Both the position numbers and the translations under genes were made by a program. A stretch of DNA of 64,000 bases from Tubulanus polymorphus (taxonomy: Eukaryota > Animalia > Nemertea), in contig NC_134030.1 of NCBI RefSeq assembly GCF_964204645.1, positions 6,180,778 through 6,244,777 of the forward strand. Direction: 5' to 3'. Positions 1 to 11,684 of the stretch are shown here, piece after piece. The notes below the pieces were generated by a model. The model searched no databases and had not been told where the DNA came from. It saw only the letters and a list, made by a program, of their open reading frames with translations. The stretch's first letter is position 1; each line of letters begins with the position of its first letter.

Positions 1-213
1 TTCTCTCTCATACAGGTCCGCTCACAGCCAACGCACTGATTTCGTTTTAGATCAAGGCTGGTCGGTGATAGTTATATCACGTTCTGCTCGTCACTGTGTC
101 GCGGACGCCGCTACCGCTGCTGCTGCTGTTCTCAGTAGATTTCTCCTCGCAGCGTGTGAATGCATGTCGCATGAGTAGTGCACTGTGCCAGTAGGAGACG
201 CATAACTACCCCA

Positions 214-227
214 GTTACCATAGTAAC
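214..227. promoter_or_regulatory. RFX X-box motif (GTTACCATAGTAAC)
   Basis: Near-perfect palindromic match to the RFX X-box consensus GTNRCC(N0-3)RGYAAC in a CpG-rich stretch; target gene not identifiable in the window. Confidence 0.55.
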
Positions 228-2848
228 CGAGAACAAACTAAATCCGTACTCCAGGAAATGCGATAGTCTTCGAGAAAACTGACGATTCTCCTCTTTATCG
301 TCGTCGGCGGAAACAGCGATCGGCGATGGCGACCGTTTATTAAACGAAAAATTTCGCCGAGTATAAAACGACTTAGAGCGAAAATCAAACCCGAAATTTC
401 ACTAGACCGGATTTCTTCGGGTTTTTAGCGAGACGATGCTCTCCGTTTAACCAAATTAAGGAGAAAAGGTTTATAATCGAAAAATATCACGCAAAACGAT
501 AAAACAACCGAGTTACCTGGCAGCATCGCAACGAATGAGTCATCATTGTGACAAGTTTCCGTGTAGGTGTATACGCGCGCACGTCGATTACACCACCCTT
601 GAGAGGCCACCAAACGCTAAACTACCCACATTTAACTCGTATAATTTAGTAAATAAAGCTACTGGAACGTATTTCGTTTTCGACATTATCATCGCCCCGA
701 AGATATTCGCCCGCACTTGATTAATTTTTCATGCATACGATATTTGTTTATTACGGAAATCCCTTTAATCGGGGAATGTTCAATTCTCTCCCACACTACG
801 TACCGGTTAACAATAGACAGACAGCACCGCGCATTTCCACGAAATCGCTAAGCTTCGGCAATAAAGAAAATGACTTGCCGAGAGTGAACTTATCATCCAT
901 TAACGAAACCCACAATATTCTACATACACGGTGGTAGATCGTTGTTGTTTTTTCTTCTCTGAATGAATCATAGTTTTGATGATTATGATATAGAAACATC
1001 ACGCCTGACGGCTGGACGCAAAAGTAATAACTTTCACCAAATTGATATTGAAAAAAAAAAGAGAAGAATTTCATCCCACGACGTTGGATGAGTGTATTTA
1101 ATGAAGACCGAAAGTTCGCATGAGATTAGAGAACGTGTGCGGTGAAGATGTGGGGGTTGAAATCAACGAGTAGGCGTAGTTGAACAGATAATTATCCCGC
1201 TTGTCTCTCTCTTCTCTCTCTCTAGGCCTAAACCTTTCTTAAATTAATAGAAACGCAGTAAGAAAAAATATCGAAGAAAGCCTCTTTTGAATAGACGATT
1301 ACGCGCCTATTCGTTAATACACAAGACCGGTTAGATAAGAACAACACGAATTTGTCTCCGAGGAAAACTTTTCTACACAGAAAATGTCAATCGAGGAACC
1401 GCCAAATCTGGATTCAGAATGAAAAAAAATTAACCACTCGTAACATCATCATGGTACTAAAAGAGCGCGGGTCAATTTCAACGTACCAGAAGCACTTTTC
1501 TTAGATTTTGGCAAGTGTGCTTCCACCCAGTAATATGATAGCATTTAGGCAACAAGGTGCGCATGATCGATGACAGCAAAACAACTAGGTCTATGGGTTC
1601 ACAAAAACCAATCACGAACCAGTAATTCACTTAAGTTTCCGACGATAAACTCGATTCCTACCAGTATTCAGAAGCGAATAAAAACAAATCTTATTCCGTA
1701 GTCTCGCTACCTAAAAACATGGCATATTTAACGCGAAGAAAATTCCCTTACAAATTGTTCACGATCAAACACCGATGATTTATAAACTGTTAGGTTGTAG
1801 GCTTTCTGACAGAGATTAATAATATAAGAGAACGAAAATCGTTTACAAAACATTCGAAGAAGAACGCAAAGGTAAAACTGTATGGTACACGATGTTTGTA
1901 TCAGTTAAGCGTGCCTTACCTGAACCACCGAGTTAAAGAGATATAGTATCTCAATCTTCCTACATCATTCCGGCATCCTACTTCAGTAGATACAGAACTG
2001 TTGAGTAACGCGCGACTGACTGCACACATACACCATGCACACAGAAACCTGTAAAACACAAATCAATATAACAACTACTTGTACTCCATCTCTTCACTTC
2101 TCTGAGCACCGCCACAGAACCAACCACTGATTCTGTTAATTGCGGCCAACTGGCAGGAATCGGATGAACAATTCTAAATTCAGCTGCAAAAAACTAATGA
2201 AAACAGCTTTTTTTTCGATGGATCAATTTTCCCCGCGCACAGTAAGGAGGAAACAATTATAAAATCTACTGACTCCCAATTAAAATGAATTAGGTCTAAG
2301 CCTAGTCAGTGGAATAGGAGGCCTTGAAACTCCCCACACTCGAAAGTACCATCAAAAGCATTCTCAAAGCTACTAAAAGCTCCATTTCTGACAAAAACAG
2401 ATAACAAGCCTACTTCACTCAAATTACAAAAGCTTAGTGAAATTCTCTCCAACCTCATGACCTCCCTGAATTAAAAGACTGGTTTCTCTCCAACATTATG
2501 GCAATAAGGTCTACCTCCTTGCAAGACACCAGCAGTTCCAACCTCATTACCTCCCTCAAGTGACTAAGATTAGGTTTTCTCTAACCTCATAACCTCCCTG
2601 AAGTGACTAGGACGCTGAAGTCCAAACACTGTGAGAGTCTCGATAATGCTATCAGGTTTTTGAGTCTGCAACAAAGCTAGATTTGAACGAAAGGTCTATA
2701 AGGTACCGGTATTAAGCTTGAATTATCATCAGATGCTAAAAAAGTGGAAATATAGGATAATGTGTGGTGACAATACCAACAGCACCACAAAGCAGGAAAG
2801 CTATCATCCTCACCTCGAATGTGATGCCATCGAGACTCACCACAGTAG

Positions 2849-3049
2849 AGGAGAGAATCCCACAATGATAATAAAAAGTCCGAAAATGAAACTTTGAGAT
2901 AGAAGTTTATTTCAACGTTTCGACTATATCCTAATAGTCATCTTCAGGAATAATAACTATCTCGAAGTTTCATTTTCGGACTTTTTATTATCATTGTGGG
3001 ATTCTCTCCTCATCGCGTCAACACGGATATAGTGTTCTACCAATTGTGA
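2849..3049 (-). mobile_element. Short Penelope-like (pLTR-derived) fold-back insertion with target site duplication
   Basis: ~55-bp inverted repeat arms (2848-2902 / 2957-3011), 12-bp direct repeat TCACCACAGTAG at 2837-2848 and 3050-3061, hammerhead motif between the arms; degraded second copy near 20560-20668. Confidence 0.7.
2905..2956 (-). ncRNA. Minimal type I hammerhead ribozyme
   Basis: Minus strand reads UUAUUAUUC-CUGAAGA-U-GACUAU(UAGGAU)AUAGUC-GAAAC-GUU-GAAAUAA: both core boxes, a 6-bp helix II, the minimal palindromic helix III typical of Penelope/retrozyme hammerheads, and an imperfect helix I. Confidence 0.7.
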
Positions 3050-4418
3050 TCACCACAGTAGGCCTATAGGCCTAAAACCATAGACCTACCACACTAACCT
3101 GTGTGTGCAGCTTAATGTCATTAGGCCTAAATCCTGTTTAAATTTTGACCTGGGTTTTCCAGGTAGACACATAGTTTAGGCCTATCTGTGAAATTTGCCG
3201 TGATTATAGGCAATCTGATTGGTGCAACAAGTTTTCTTGCGGCAAACCTGGGCTCGTTGTTTGTACCTGTCTGCACCCATGTTGCATGGGTTTTGTGCCG
3301 AGTCCAGTAATGCCCAGGCATAAGGTTTGGATCCCTACTGAGGAAGGATGCACACAGCGCGCACGGCATTGTGTGCGTGTGTCATTACGGAGACAAGACT
3401 AAGAGAAAATGCAGATAGGCTTGAATAGGCTATCATCGGCTAAACCAAGGCTCTGGCCCCTTCATGGATGGCCATCTCACTCGTTGAGTCTCAGTCTCAA
3501 GACAACATCATAAAAACCTCTTCGTTCGGTACACAACAAATAATCTTTAAATAACGATCTCCAGCAAAGGCTTTTTCTCAGAGCACGAAAGTCCGAAAGG
3601 CTTTCTTAGCATTTTTAGTAGAGATTCCGTCACCTCTCACCTGTCACACTCACTGTGACAGTGTAAAAAGTAGTGTGTACTCACTCAGCAATTTGAATTC
3701 GTTAAGCAAAAGACTAGCGAGGAAAATACCCCAAAGCGCACTTCATAAAACGTGAAAATGTGCAAAATACCTTTTTTGGAATTGGTTGTATTCCGATGAA
3801 TATGCACTGGGAACTGCTGCTGTAGAAGTACAAGAGATCATCCGATGCAAAACTGTCAAAATTTTTCTTTTTCGATCGAATTCTCTTCGAGCGAATATGG
3901 AGACCGGTGTGTACTACATCACGGTATTCCGCGTTCTCGCTGAATATTCTACGTCACGGTATGTTGCGTACTCAAATTCAAATTCACTCACGTGCCAGAG
4001 GATGCTTTGATTTTTGAGTTTCTTTTTCCTAGGCTATTATCGCGCGAGCCATGGTTAGATTAGAAGAGGCAAAACCGATGTCAAAATTTGATTTTCTCCC
4101 AGTTTAAATTTTTTTCAAATTCTTTTTGATGTTTAGGCAATCATCTTTTAAAAGTTTCTATAAAATTAGTTTTATAACTATAAATCCTTCAATTAGTACC
4201 GATCCCAGGCCGCCATCTAAAGTACGACATCAAATCAGAAAACTAACAATTTAAAAATACACAATTAACTTTTATTATCATAATATTAATTAATAAAAAA
4301 TAAGTAATAAAATACAAAGAAGAGATTTAAGTACATTTGTACTAAATTAAATGCATATTTTGCCGATGGAATTTACATCGATTTGAGCATTAATTCCAAA
4401 CATGAGTTGGAGTTTATT

Positions 4419-7400
4419 TCAAGGAAGTATTTGGGGTCGTTGAACTGTAACATCGCTGAGATAACGATGACCTAACGCGTTCTTAGCCGAGACCCTGTTG
4501 TGCGGTACATAGGTGAGCATCATCTATTAAAATACGAAAACAAAATATTGTATTAATGGACAGATGCAAAATAATCTCAAAATTGAAGTTATCAACCATT
4601 TATCAAATCAACAGATGAATTTTTTGATTGAACTGATACCGGGTAGCCACTTTCCACCAATTCACAAATTCCCAGAGTTTTCCATGTGATTACACACAAA
4701 TTCCTGAGCGAATCAGAGAATTTTCTAGGTTTAAAATGTTTCAATTCATTCATTTTTCATTGAATCATGCACTGATAAAGAAACACATGGTCAATAGCAA
4801 TATCTGAATTCTCTTGAGTTTTCCAGGTTTTTGGTAAAATTCATCAAATGTTCAGATTTTTTTCAGATTTTTCTGATTCCCCGAGTTTTCCAGGTGGGTG
4901 GCCACCCTGTGATATTTAGAGGTTAAAAGCTTGTGCAAAATGAATATTTCGAACCAAATTGAAAGCCAACTAAGTTGCTAATCAGTCTATACTATCAGGA
5001 TTATTCAATACTCACCATAAGTAATTCTTTACCATCTTCATCTAAAGTCGGAACTAGATGACCGATGTCTTTTTGAGGAGGCCATTTCGGAAATGTGCTT
5101 TTATAATCTGGTAATTTAGATACACCGGGCCATAAACGTTCATCAGGGGTACCTAAGTGAATGAGTAAAATATGTCAACCATATTTCGAGAGTCTATCTG
5201 AAAACTTGTGCGCTGTATTAAAGTAATAACTTGCCTAAAGTTCTAAAAATGCGGAAAAGTTGATCGATTTCAGAGTCACCAGAAAATAAAGGTCTTTTTG
5301 TAATCTGAAAATGAGTTAAGCAGAAATAATATTTTAGACACGATTACTAGCCAAATTATATCTAAGCCTCCCAATTAATAGAAATACAATTGATCATTAC
5401 TCCTGAAATTAGGTAAAATGTATTTTTAATTGCTTTCAGTATGTCTACACCGCAGTGCAGTGTAGAATAGCTGTAATGGACTTTGTTAGTACACCGCATC
5501 AAAATACATTATTGATGTTAATTACTAGCAAGTTTTTTTAATCTGTAGTCTATTGAAAGATCGTAGCATCCATTAAACATATTGAAATATTAGTAACTAA
5601 CAATACAACGCGGTGTAGGCGCGCTAAAGCGGTATGCCTATCATTCAACAAACCAGGATGGAATTCTAAAACATTTTCAAATTATCTCCAGCATTTTCGG
5701 GTATTAATTACAGGTAGTCAGCACTGAGAAGGGTTAACACTCACCATTTCAGCAAATATACAGCCAATACTCCAAACATCGATAGCAGTTGAATAGTATC
5801 GACAGCCTAGTAATATTTCCGGTGCTCGATACCACAGTGTAACTACCTAAAATACAGCAGTTAGAAACTATGAACAGATCAAACCAGTACCGCTTACCGA
5901 GCTTGGTCATAAAAACCACTTAATACTAAACACACTGCACTTTAAGGTATAACGTTAATTCCACTACAAAAATCTTGTACGTACATTTTAAAAGTATTTT
6001 TGTATTAATTTGTACCTCATGTGTATAGGATCGCACTGGAACACCGAACGCCCGAGCGAGTCCGAAATCAGCCAGTTTAATACTTCCCTCGCAATCGATG
6101 AGTAAATTCTGCGGTTTCAGATCCCTGTGTAGAACACGGTGTGTATGACAGTACGCGATGCCTTGTAATAACTGATGTAGATAACTCTATTGACAAAAGA
6201 TGAATCATAATAACTTAACTTCTGAATAAATACGGCAGGGATACTCGGGATGAAGCCCACACTCGGTTCCACAGTTCAGGGTTAACGATAACTCTAGAAT
6301 TACAGGATGGCTTACATCCCATTTACAAAGTTGTCAATGTTATAGGTCTAACACTAAATTCCCTGAGTGAATAAGCGGATAAATGGATATCTATTTGATA
6401 TCTAATTCATTTTCATGCGTTTTTGGCAAAAACAAACTAGGGGTCCAGGGACACCATGCCCACTTGGGAAGTGGTTTCAAATGCTCAAAAATCTAACAAT
6501 TTCAATATTCAACGCCCTCTGGTGACCATATACAAAAACCAATGACCTTGAAACTCAATACAATCATAAAACATGTCAGCAGCTACGATTTTATAATTGA
6601 TTGTGATAACAAAAAATGCCTCGTTACTAATCTAATATGGAAATACTAAGTTAATCTACTATTCAACGCCCCCTGATGACCATATTCAAAACCCAATAAC
6701 CTTGTAACTCACCATATTCATAGAACATGTCATGAACTACAACTTTGCAATTGATCATGGTAACAAAATATGCCTAGGTACCAATATAATAAGGAAATAC
6801 CAGGTTATTCTACTATTCAACGCCCCCATCTTGATTCTGATAGGGCCAATTTTTGGGCTGAAGATGTGTCTAGGGTAGATACATGTATAAACCAAATATC
6901 AAGACATTACCTTGAAGCGTCTTCAAAACTTCCCAAAATAACTGGATTCCGTCTACGGACGGACGAAGGACGAAAAGTGAACGCAATAGCCCGCTGGGAC
7001 TAAAGTCCCAAGTGGGCTAAAAAAGATTTCCAATTCCTTGAGTTTACCATGGTTTTTCTGATTTCTTGAGTTTTCCAGTTCAGTGGACTTAATCAATTAA
7101 AATTGATCTCATTGAACGATTAACCCGCCACTCTGTGTACCGGGTCCTCAAGTGCATTCTTACCTTAATTAATGGTAGAGGAATTCCTGAAGGTGGAGCG
7201 TTATCCATGAATTTCTTTAGATCTTGATTCAAATACTCAAACACTAGATACAATTTCTTATCATTGTGAATCACGTCTAGAAGCCTGCAAGTAAATGCAT
7301 TAATATATATGCATATATGAAGAAATGCATACATAAACTGTCAATTTCATAATTTGAAATATACTTAACTGACAATACTGGAATGATCTAACTCTTTTAA

Positions 7401-7761
7401 CAATGAGATTTCTCGTATCGCAGTACTTGGCACCCCTTCTGATTCCCTGAAAACATCAATCACATTTTAAGCCTGTCAGACACACTTAATGGTGTAGAAG
7501 ATTAAATTTCTGATCTTGACTTGTCGGATGGTTTGTTTATTGAGTGGACTGGGTGTCAAAAATAGGGGTACGTACACTGTACAACTTGATGAGCCACCTC
7601 TGGCAAGCGAGGAAATTTCGACCGTTTCATAGGCCTAAAACTTACGTGTCGAGTCTGATTTTTTTCAGCGCTACAATCTTGCCAGTTAGTTTATACTTGG
7701 CTTTGTAAACGACCCCATACGTGCCTTCACCAATCTTTTCTAATTTGTGGAAGTTTTCCAT
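4419..7761 (-). CDS. CDK2: Cyclin-dependent kinase 2 (8 coding exons, ~299 aa)
   Basis: Exons 7761-7646, 7446-7369, 7284-7164, 6186-6016, 5846-5745, 5304-5235, 5152-5016, 4523-4419 (900 nt). Motifs [94 protein letters not shown]. Confidence 0.96.
5432..5630. mobile_element. Small MITE-like element in CDK2 intron 5
   Basis: Imperfect terminal inverted repeat GCTTTCAGTATGTCTACACCGC / GCGGTGTAGGCGCGCTAAAGC. Confidence 0.4.
6428..7024. mobile_element. Non-autonomous Helentron-associated (HINE/DINE-like) element in CDK2 intron 3
   Basis: Internal ~154-bp tandem repeats (TATTCAACGCCC at ~6506, ~6660, ~6814), (GACG)n-like microsatellite at ~6955-6972, terminal hairpin AGCCCGCTGGGACT-AA-AGTCCCAAGTGGGCT followed by an A-run. 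Confidence 0.65.
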
Positions 7762-8337
7762 CTGGATTGAATAGGGTTTTGGGCGAAATGGAGACGAATT
7801 TCGCGGCACACTATGAGGAGCCACCGGCGGGTGGATGAAGTCCCTCAACTCAAACTGTCACGAAACATCAATACATTTTATTCGATTTAGTTTACACAGC
7901 TTTTGATAATAGAAAAAATGTATTCTAACAATCCATTGTAGAAAAAAATTCCTAAAACAATCAGGAATGTGTTTCAGACGTAAAAAATCATTCCAACCAA
8001 AGGGATTCGAACCCAACTTTAATTACGTGCTCACTCGACATGCGCCATTGAGAATCAATAAAATATTCATTTAATTGGAAATTGTTGATATTATTCGGTA
8101 CTATTCTACCTATTCTATATGATTCTAACGTCAATCCATTAATAAACGACAGAAATATATTGAAGAAAGACAGCGATTCGTGTGAGTTTATCTGACGAAT
8201 TTTTAATGTCAAAGCTCTTTCCCAGGAAAATGAGAAATACACTCGGAAAAGGCCTTTCACCTCCAAGTCCAATTCAATTCAATTTAATCTTTGTTGACCG
8301 ACAGGTAAAGAATTGATTTTTCTTCTTAAAGGTTGAA
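7762..8337. promoter_or_regulatory. Bidirectional promoter/5' UTR region shared by CDK2 and NAA38
   Basis: Start codons diverge 576 bp apart; E2F-like TTTCGCGG at ~7799-7806 and TTTCGCCC (minus strand) at ~7781-7788 just upstream of the CDK2 ATG. Confidence 0.6.
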
Positions 8338-9082
8338 ATGTCGGCTACAGTTGATACACCTGGAAGAAAAATTCTGCGAAGTTGGTTGAACAAAACAATG
8401 CGCATTAAAATGACTGATGGCAGAGTGCTAATTGGTAAGAAAGAAAGAACACAATGCGACGACAGGCTGAAATGTCAGCTAACCTTCTTCAAAATGAAAG
8501 ATGCACTGACGCATGACACACCTGGTCATGAATTTCAAACCTTCACCTATCTCCCGTTGAATATCCTGTTGTAAAAATATGATCTATCTAAAATTGTAGG
8601 TGCTTTCATGTGCACAGATCGAGATCGAAATGTGATACTTGGTTCTTGTCAAGAATATTTAAAAGGTATTAACACTGATACTGGCCCTAGTCGATTCACA
8701 GTCTATAACAGTAATTTTACAGTAATTCACTTAATTCGGGATTTCTCAAGCTGGATTTTCACTTAATTAGAATGAAATATTTTGTCTAACCTGGAACCAA
8801 GTATACTATTTAAAGTCATAATTCAAATTTTATTTAACTCAGAAAAATCTGGCCAGTCCCTAGTCATCCAAAGTTGTAAGTTCTACTGTATATTTCACCG
8901 ATACTGAAATACACTGTGTTTCTTTCATGCTTTTTTGTTTTTTAGAGGATAGCCAGGAAGAGCCAAGAGTCTTGGGGCTTGCGATGGTTCCTGGACACCA
9001 TATCGTTTCTATAGATGTTGACCAATCGCAGAACGACGATCTGTCATGTGATAAATCAATGAGTGAATCAATGATTGAATGA
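8338..9082 (+). CDS. NAA38: N-alpha-acetyltransferase 38, NatC auxiliary subunit (LSM-domain protein, ~99 aa)
   Basis: Exons 8338-8434, 8600-8665, 8946-9082 with GT-AG sites; translation [38 protein letters not shown]...EPRVLGLAMVPGHHIVSI matches the LSMD1/NAA38 Sm fold. Confidence 0.93.
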
Positions 9083-11684
9083 TCGTGTTATAATCATAGA
9101 TTTTGATCTCCTTAATTCACCCAACTGACTGATCTTTTCACGTTGCATGTTGGACGCAAGCATAACCACGTTGATGATTAAGATATGGTTGGGCCAGGTC
9201 AACGCTATTCTGTTACCTGAAATTTTAACAACTGTTGAGATATACTTTATACAATTCATTTAGAAATGCATATTAAATTAATTATTATGTTTATAATAAT
9301 GAGTTGTTCGTCTTTTTCAAGGGAGTTATCTTATTTGAAGGATTAGGGATTGCAGAAAGGCAGGTTCAGCCCAGGGATCATCATTATCGTCACAGACAAA
9401 ATGGAGGCCACTAGCTCAATTTGCAATTTTCAGCAATTAGGCTATGTGACTGGTTTTTCGAATAGCGATAATAAAAATTATGACATGATAGAAATTTTAG
9501 TAAAAAAAACATTTAATATTTGAATAGTAAATTATATTATCGATGAAGTGATTTACTAGTCTTCTCTTTAGGATTAGTTGCATTTCATGGTTCGATTTTT
9601 TTCTGAAAAACTGGATTCTTTTTTCTTTCAAGTTAATTACAGTTGAATAGAACTGTAAATTAATCACCAATGATAATCTTTCAAGTAAATCAAGTCGATT
9701 AATTGGCTTTCGAAAGGTTGAAAGCCAATGTTTTGTTAGATGGCTAGCACGGTTTTGGGTAGAAAAATGGCGGCTTTTTGAATCGTAGTACTCTATGGGT
9801 CTGACTGTATCGTATCACAATCACATTTTTTTTATCTCGCCGATGGTTTCAACAACAATTATACAAAATGCCAGGTCGAAGTACGAACTGTATTTCCAAA
9901 AACAGTCCAACGTCATCTTCACCCCAAGGGATTCGAAACCGTGAGTTGGCAATACCCTTTAAATCATTACATCGTCAGTAAACAACTTTGCTTTTTATTG
10001 TATTGAATGCGCAGTTTTTTGATTTTTGCAACACAAGGAAAAGGAAAACGGAAATACCCGTACGAAGACTGATTGACAATTTGACAATTGGGGGAAGCAT
10101 TCCCATTATTTGGTATTGAACCAGACAGAACGAAAATGCAAAAGTCGGGTAAGATGAAAAACGGGACTGAGGTCCAATCTGCTGAATCAATCATGAATCA
10201 ATACACTGTTTATTAAAAAAAAAATCTTAAAATACAAAAAAACAAGGACCAAGTATTAAGTAAATAATTATTATGATATATAGCCATTGTGGTAAAATAG
10301 CCCTTAGGCCCTAGCGTTTACACGAATAAAGCCGCATTGGTGAAATACCAAATATCCACTATCAAAGTCAAAGATTGTTATCCAACAAATTTCAATTTAT
10401 GAAGCGGGATATTTATGATAACTTTTTACACATATTGATCAGTCGAGAACAAAAAATTTGCATTGTGTTTGTCGATTTGGTATTCAAATGCTTTTTTCTC
10501 CCAATGAGCGCCCAAAATTTTGAGTTTTATTCATTCTGTTAATATCATTTGTCGGACGATCGTTTGTAACAAGCAAGGGTAGCAGTGGTTCCACGCGTTA
10601 TTCTCCGGGACTTGAACGTGCGCAATGCTTTAAAATGGGGTATCGGCACAATGGCGCTACAATACACTCAATTATACATATTGAAGATTAGTTTTGAACT
10701 GGATTTTTAGGCTCCCAAATGGAAATGTTGTCAGATAAGTCATCAAATAGATAGGCCTATAAGATTGACGTTCCTAATAAGTGTATATGGTAGGCCTATA
10801 GTTTATTAGAAATTGAATAACTAATGAGAAAAGTAGACTAGAATTTAATTGAAATGTAGAAGAAATTGAAGCGCGGTAACCGAGTAACTAGCTAGCTAAA
10901 ACCTGGTGGATCCTTGCCTGCCATAATTGAAATCCTCGATTGCCACAGTAGCATTCCAGGTACCCCACTGGCGCGTTTGTTATTTGAAAATGATAGCCTC
11001 GATGGCCTCGTAACTTCAATGATTCGTGGAGGCGCAGTGCCGTGGGTTTCGAGTCCCAGCAAAGGGGAACATGTTTATTGAACATCATTTGTCAATGTTT
11101 TGTTTTGTCAATTTATTGCATGTCTAATCCTAAGTAAAAAATGTTATATATGGCGTGATAAGTATAAGTTCAAGTTCAAACAATCATTCTCGTGTAGTAT
11201 GTATATACCTTAGTTTCAACAATGTCAATATCATTTTATTTTGTAGATCAAAAGTGTGTGGGGGTTGCATTGAATGAGAAAAATCGCTTCGGTTTGTATT
11301 ATTGTATACAAATTCTATGAGACTGGGCAATCATGGGCTTAACTTTGATAAAACCTCGATCAACCAAAATATTGGACCACCTTCCTGTGGACTGGGAATG
11401 AATATAACCTAGGAGACAAGAAGATAATGGAATTGGGACAATTTTTTGGGGAAATAAGTATGTTGCTTTCAAAGAAAGGAATTCTCAAGATCTGTTAACT
11501 CGAAACTCCAGGACTACTTCGATGAATGAGTATATATTACAAAGAAGCCTATGATCGCCCTATTATATGGGTTGAAATCGGCATCAACTACTCACAACAA
11601 TGATAAATATTATTGGTAAATGTTGTTACAGAAGCGAGGGCTGATGATGCAGCTAAGAAATGGTTTAGTATCAGTGAGGTTCGT

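Larger units (their letters stand above)
1920..3780 (-). other. Probable 5' exons of a minus-strand gene continuing left of the window
   Basis: Minus-strand CAG|GTGAG donor at 3641/3640; 129-nt exon 2048-1920 bounded by a polypyrimidine-TTTTACAG acceptor and a CAG|GTAAG donor; CRE-like TACGTCAC near 3950. Upstream boundary approximate; product unknown. Confidence 0.4.

Noticed and set aside
2440-2610. Short degenerate tandem repeats (CTCCAACCTCATGACCTCCCT x~4); also the 14-bp AATTCTTTAATTAG repeats at ~21446-21510
   Set aside because: Ordinary intronic slippage repeats with no further structure.
10985-11065. Possible tRNA gene (B-box GGTTTCGAGTCC); similar motif at ~28940-28965
   Set aside because: No cloverleaf or acceptor stem can be built; better explained as degenerate SINE fragments.
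11604-11606. Stop-codon read-through or selenocysteine in the TTC3 5' region
   Set aside because: Two consecutive stops (TGA TAA) and no SECIS evidence; splicing or a downstream ATG is simpler.
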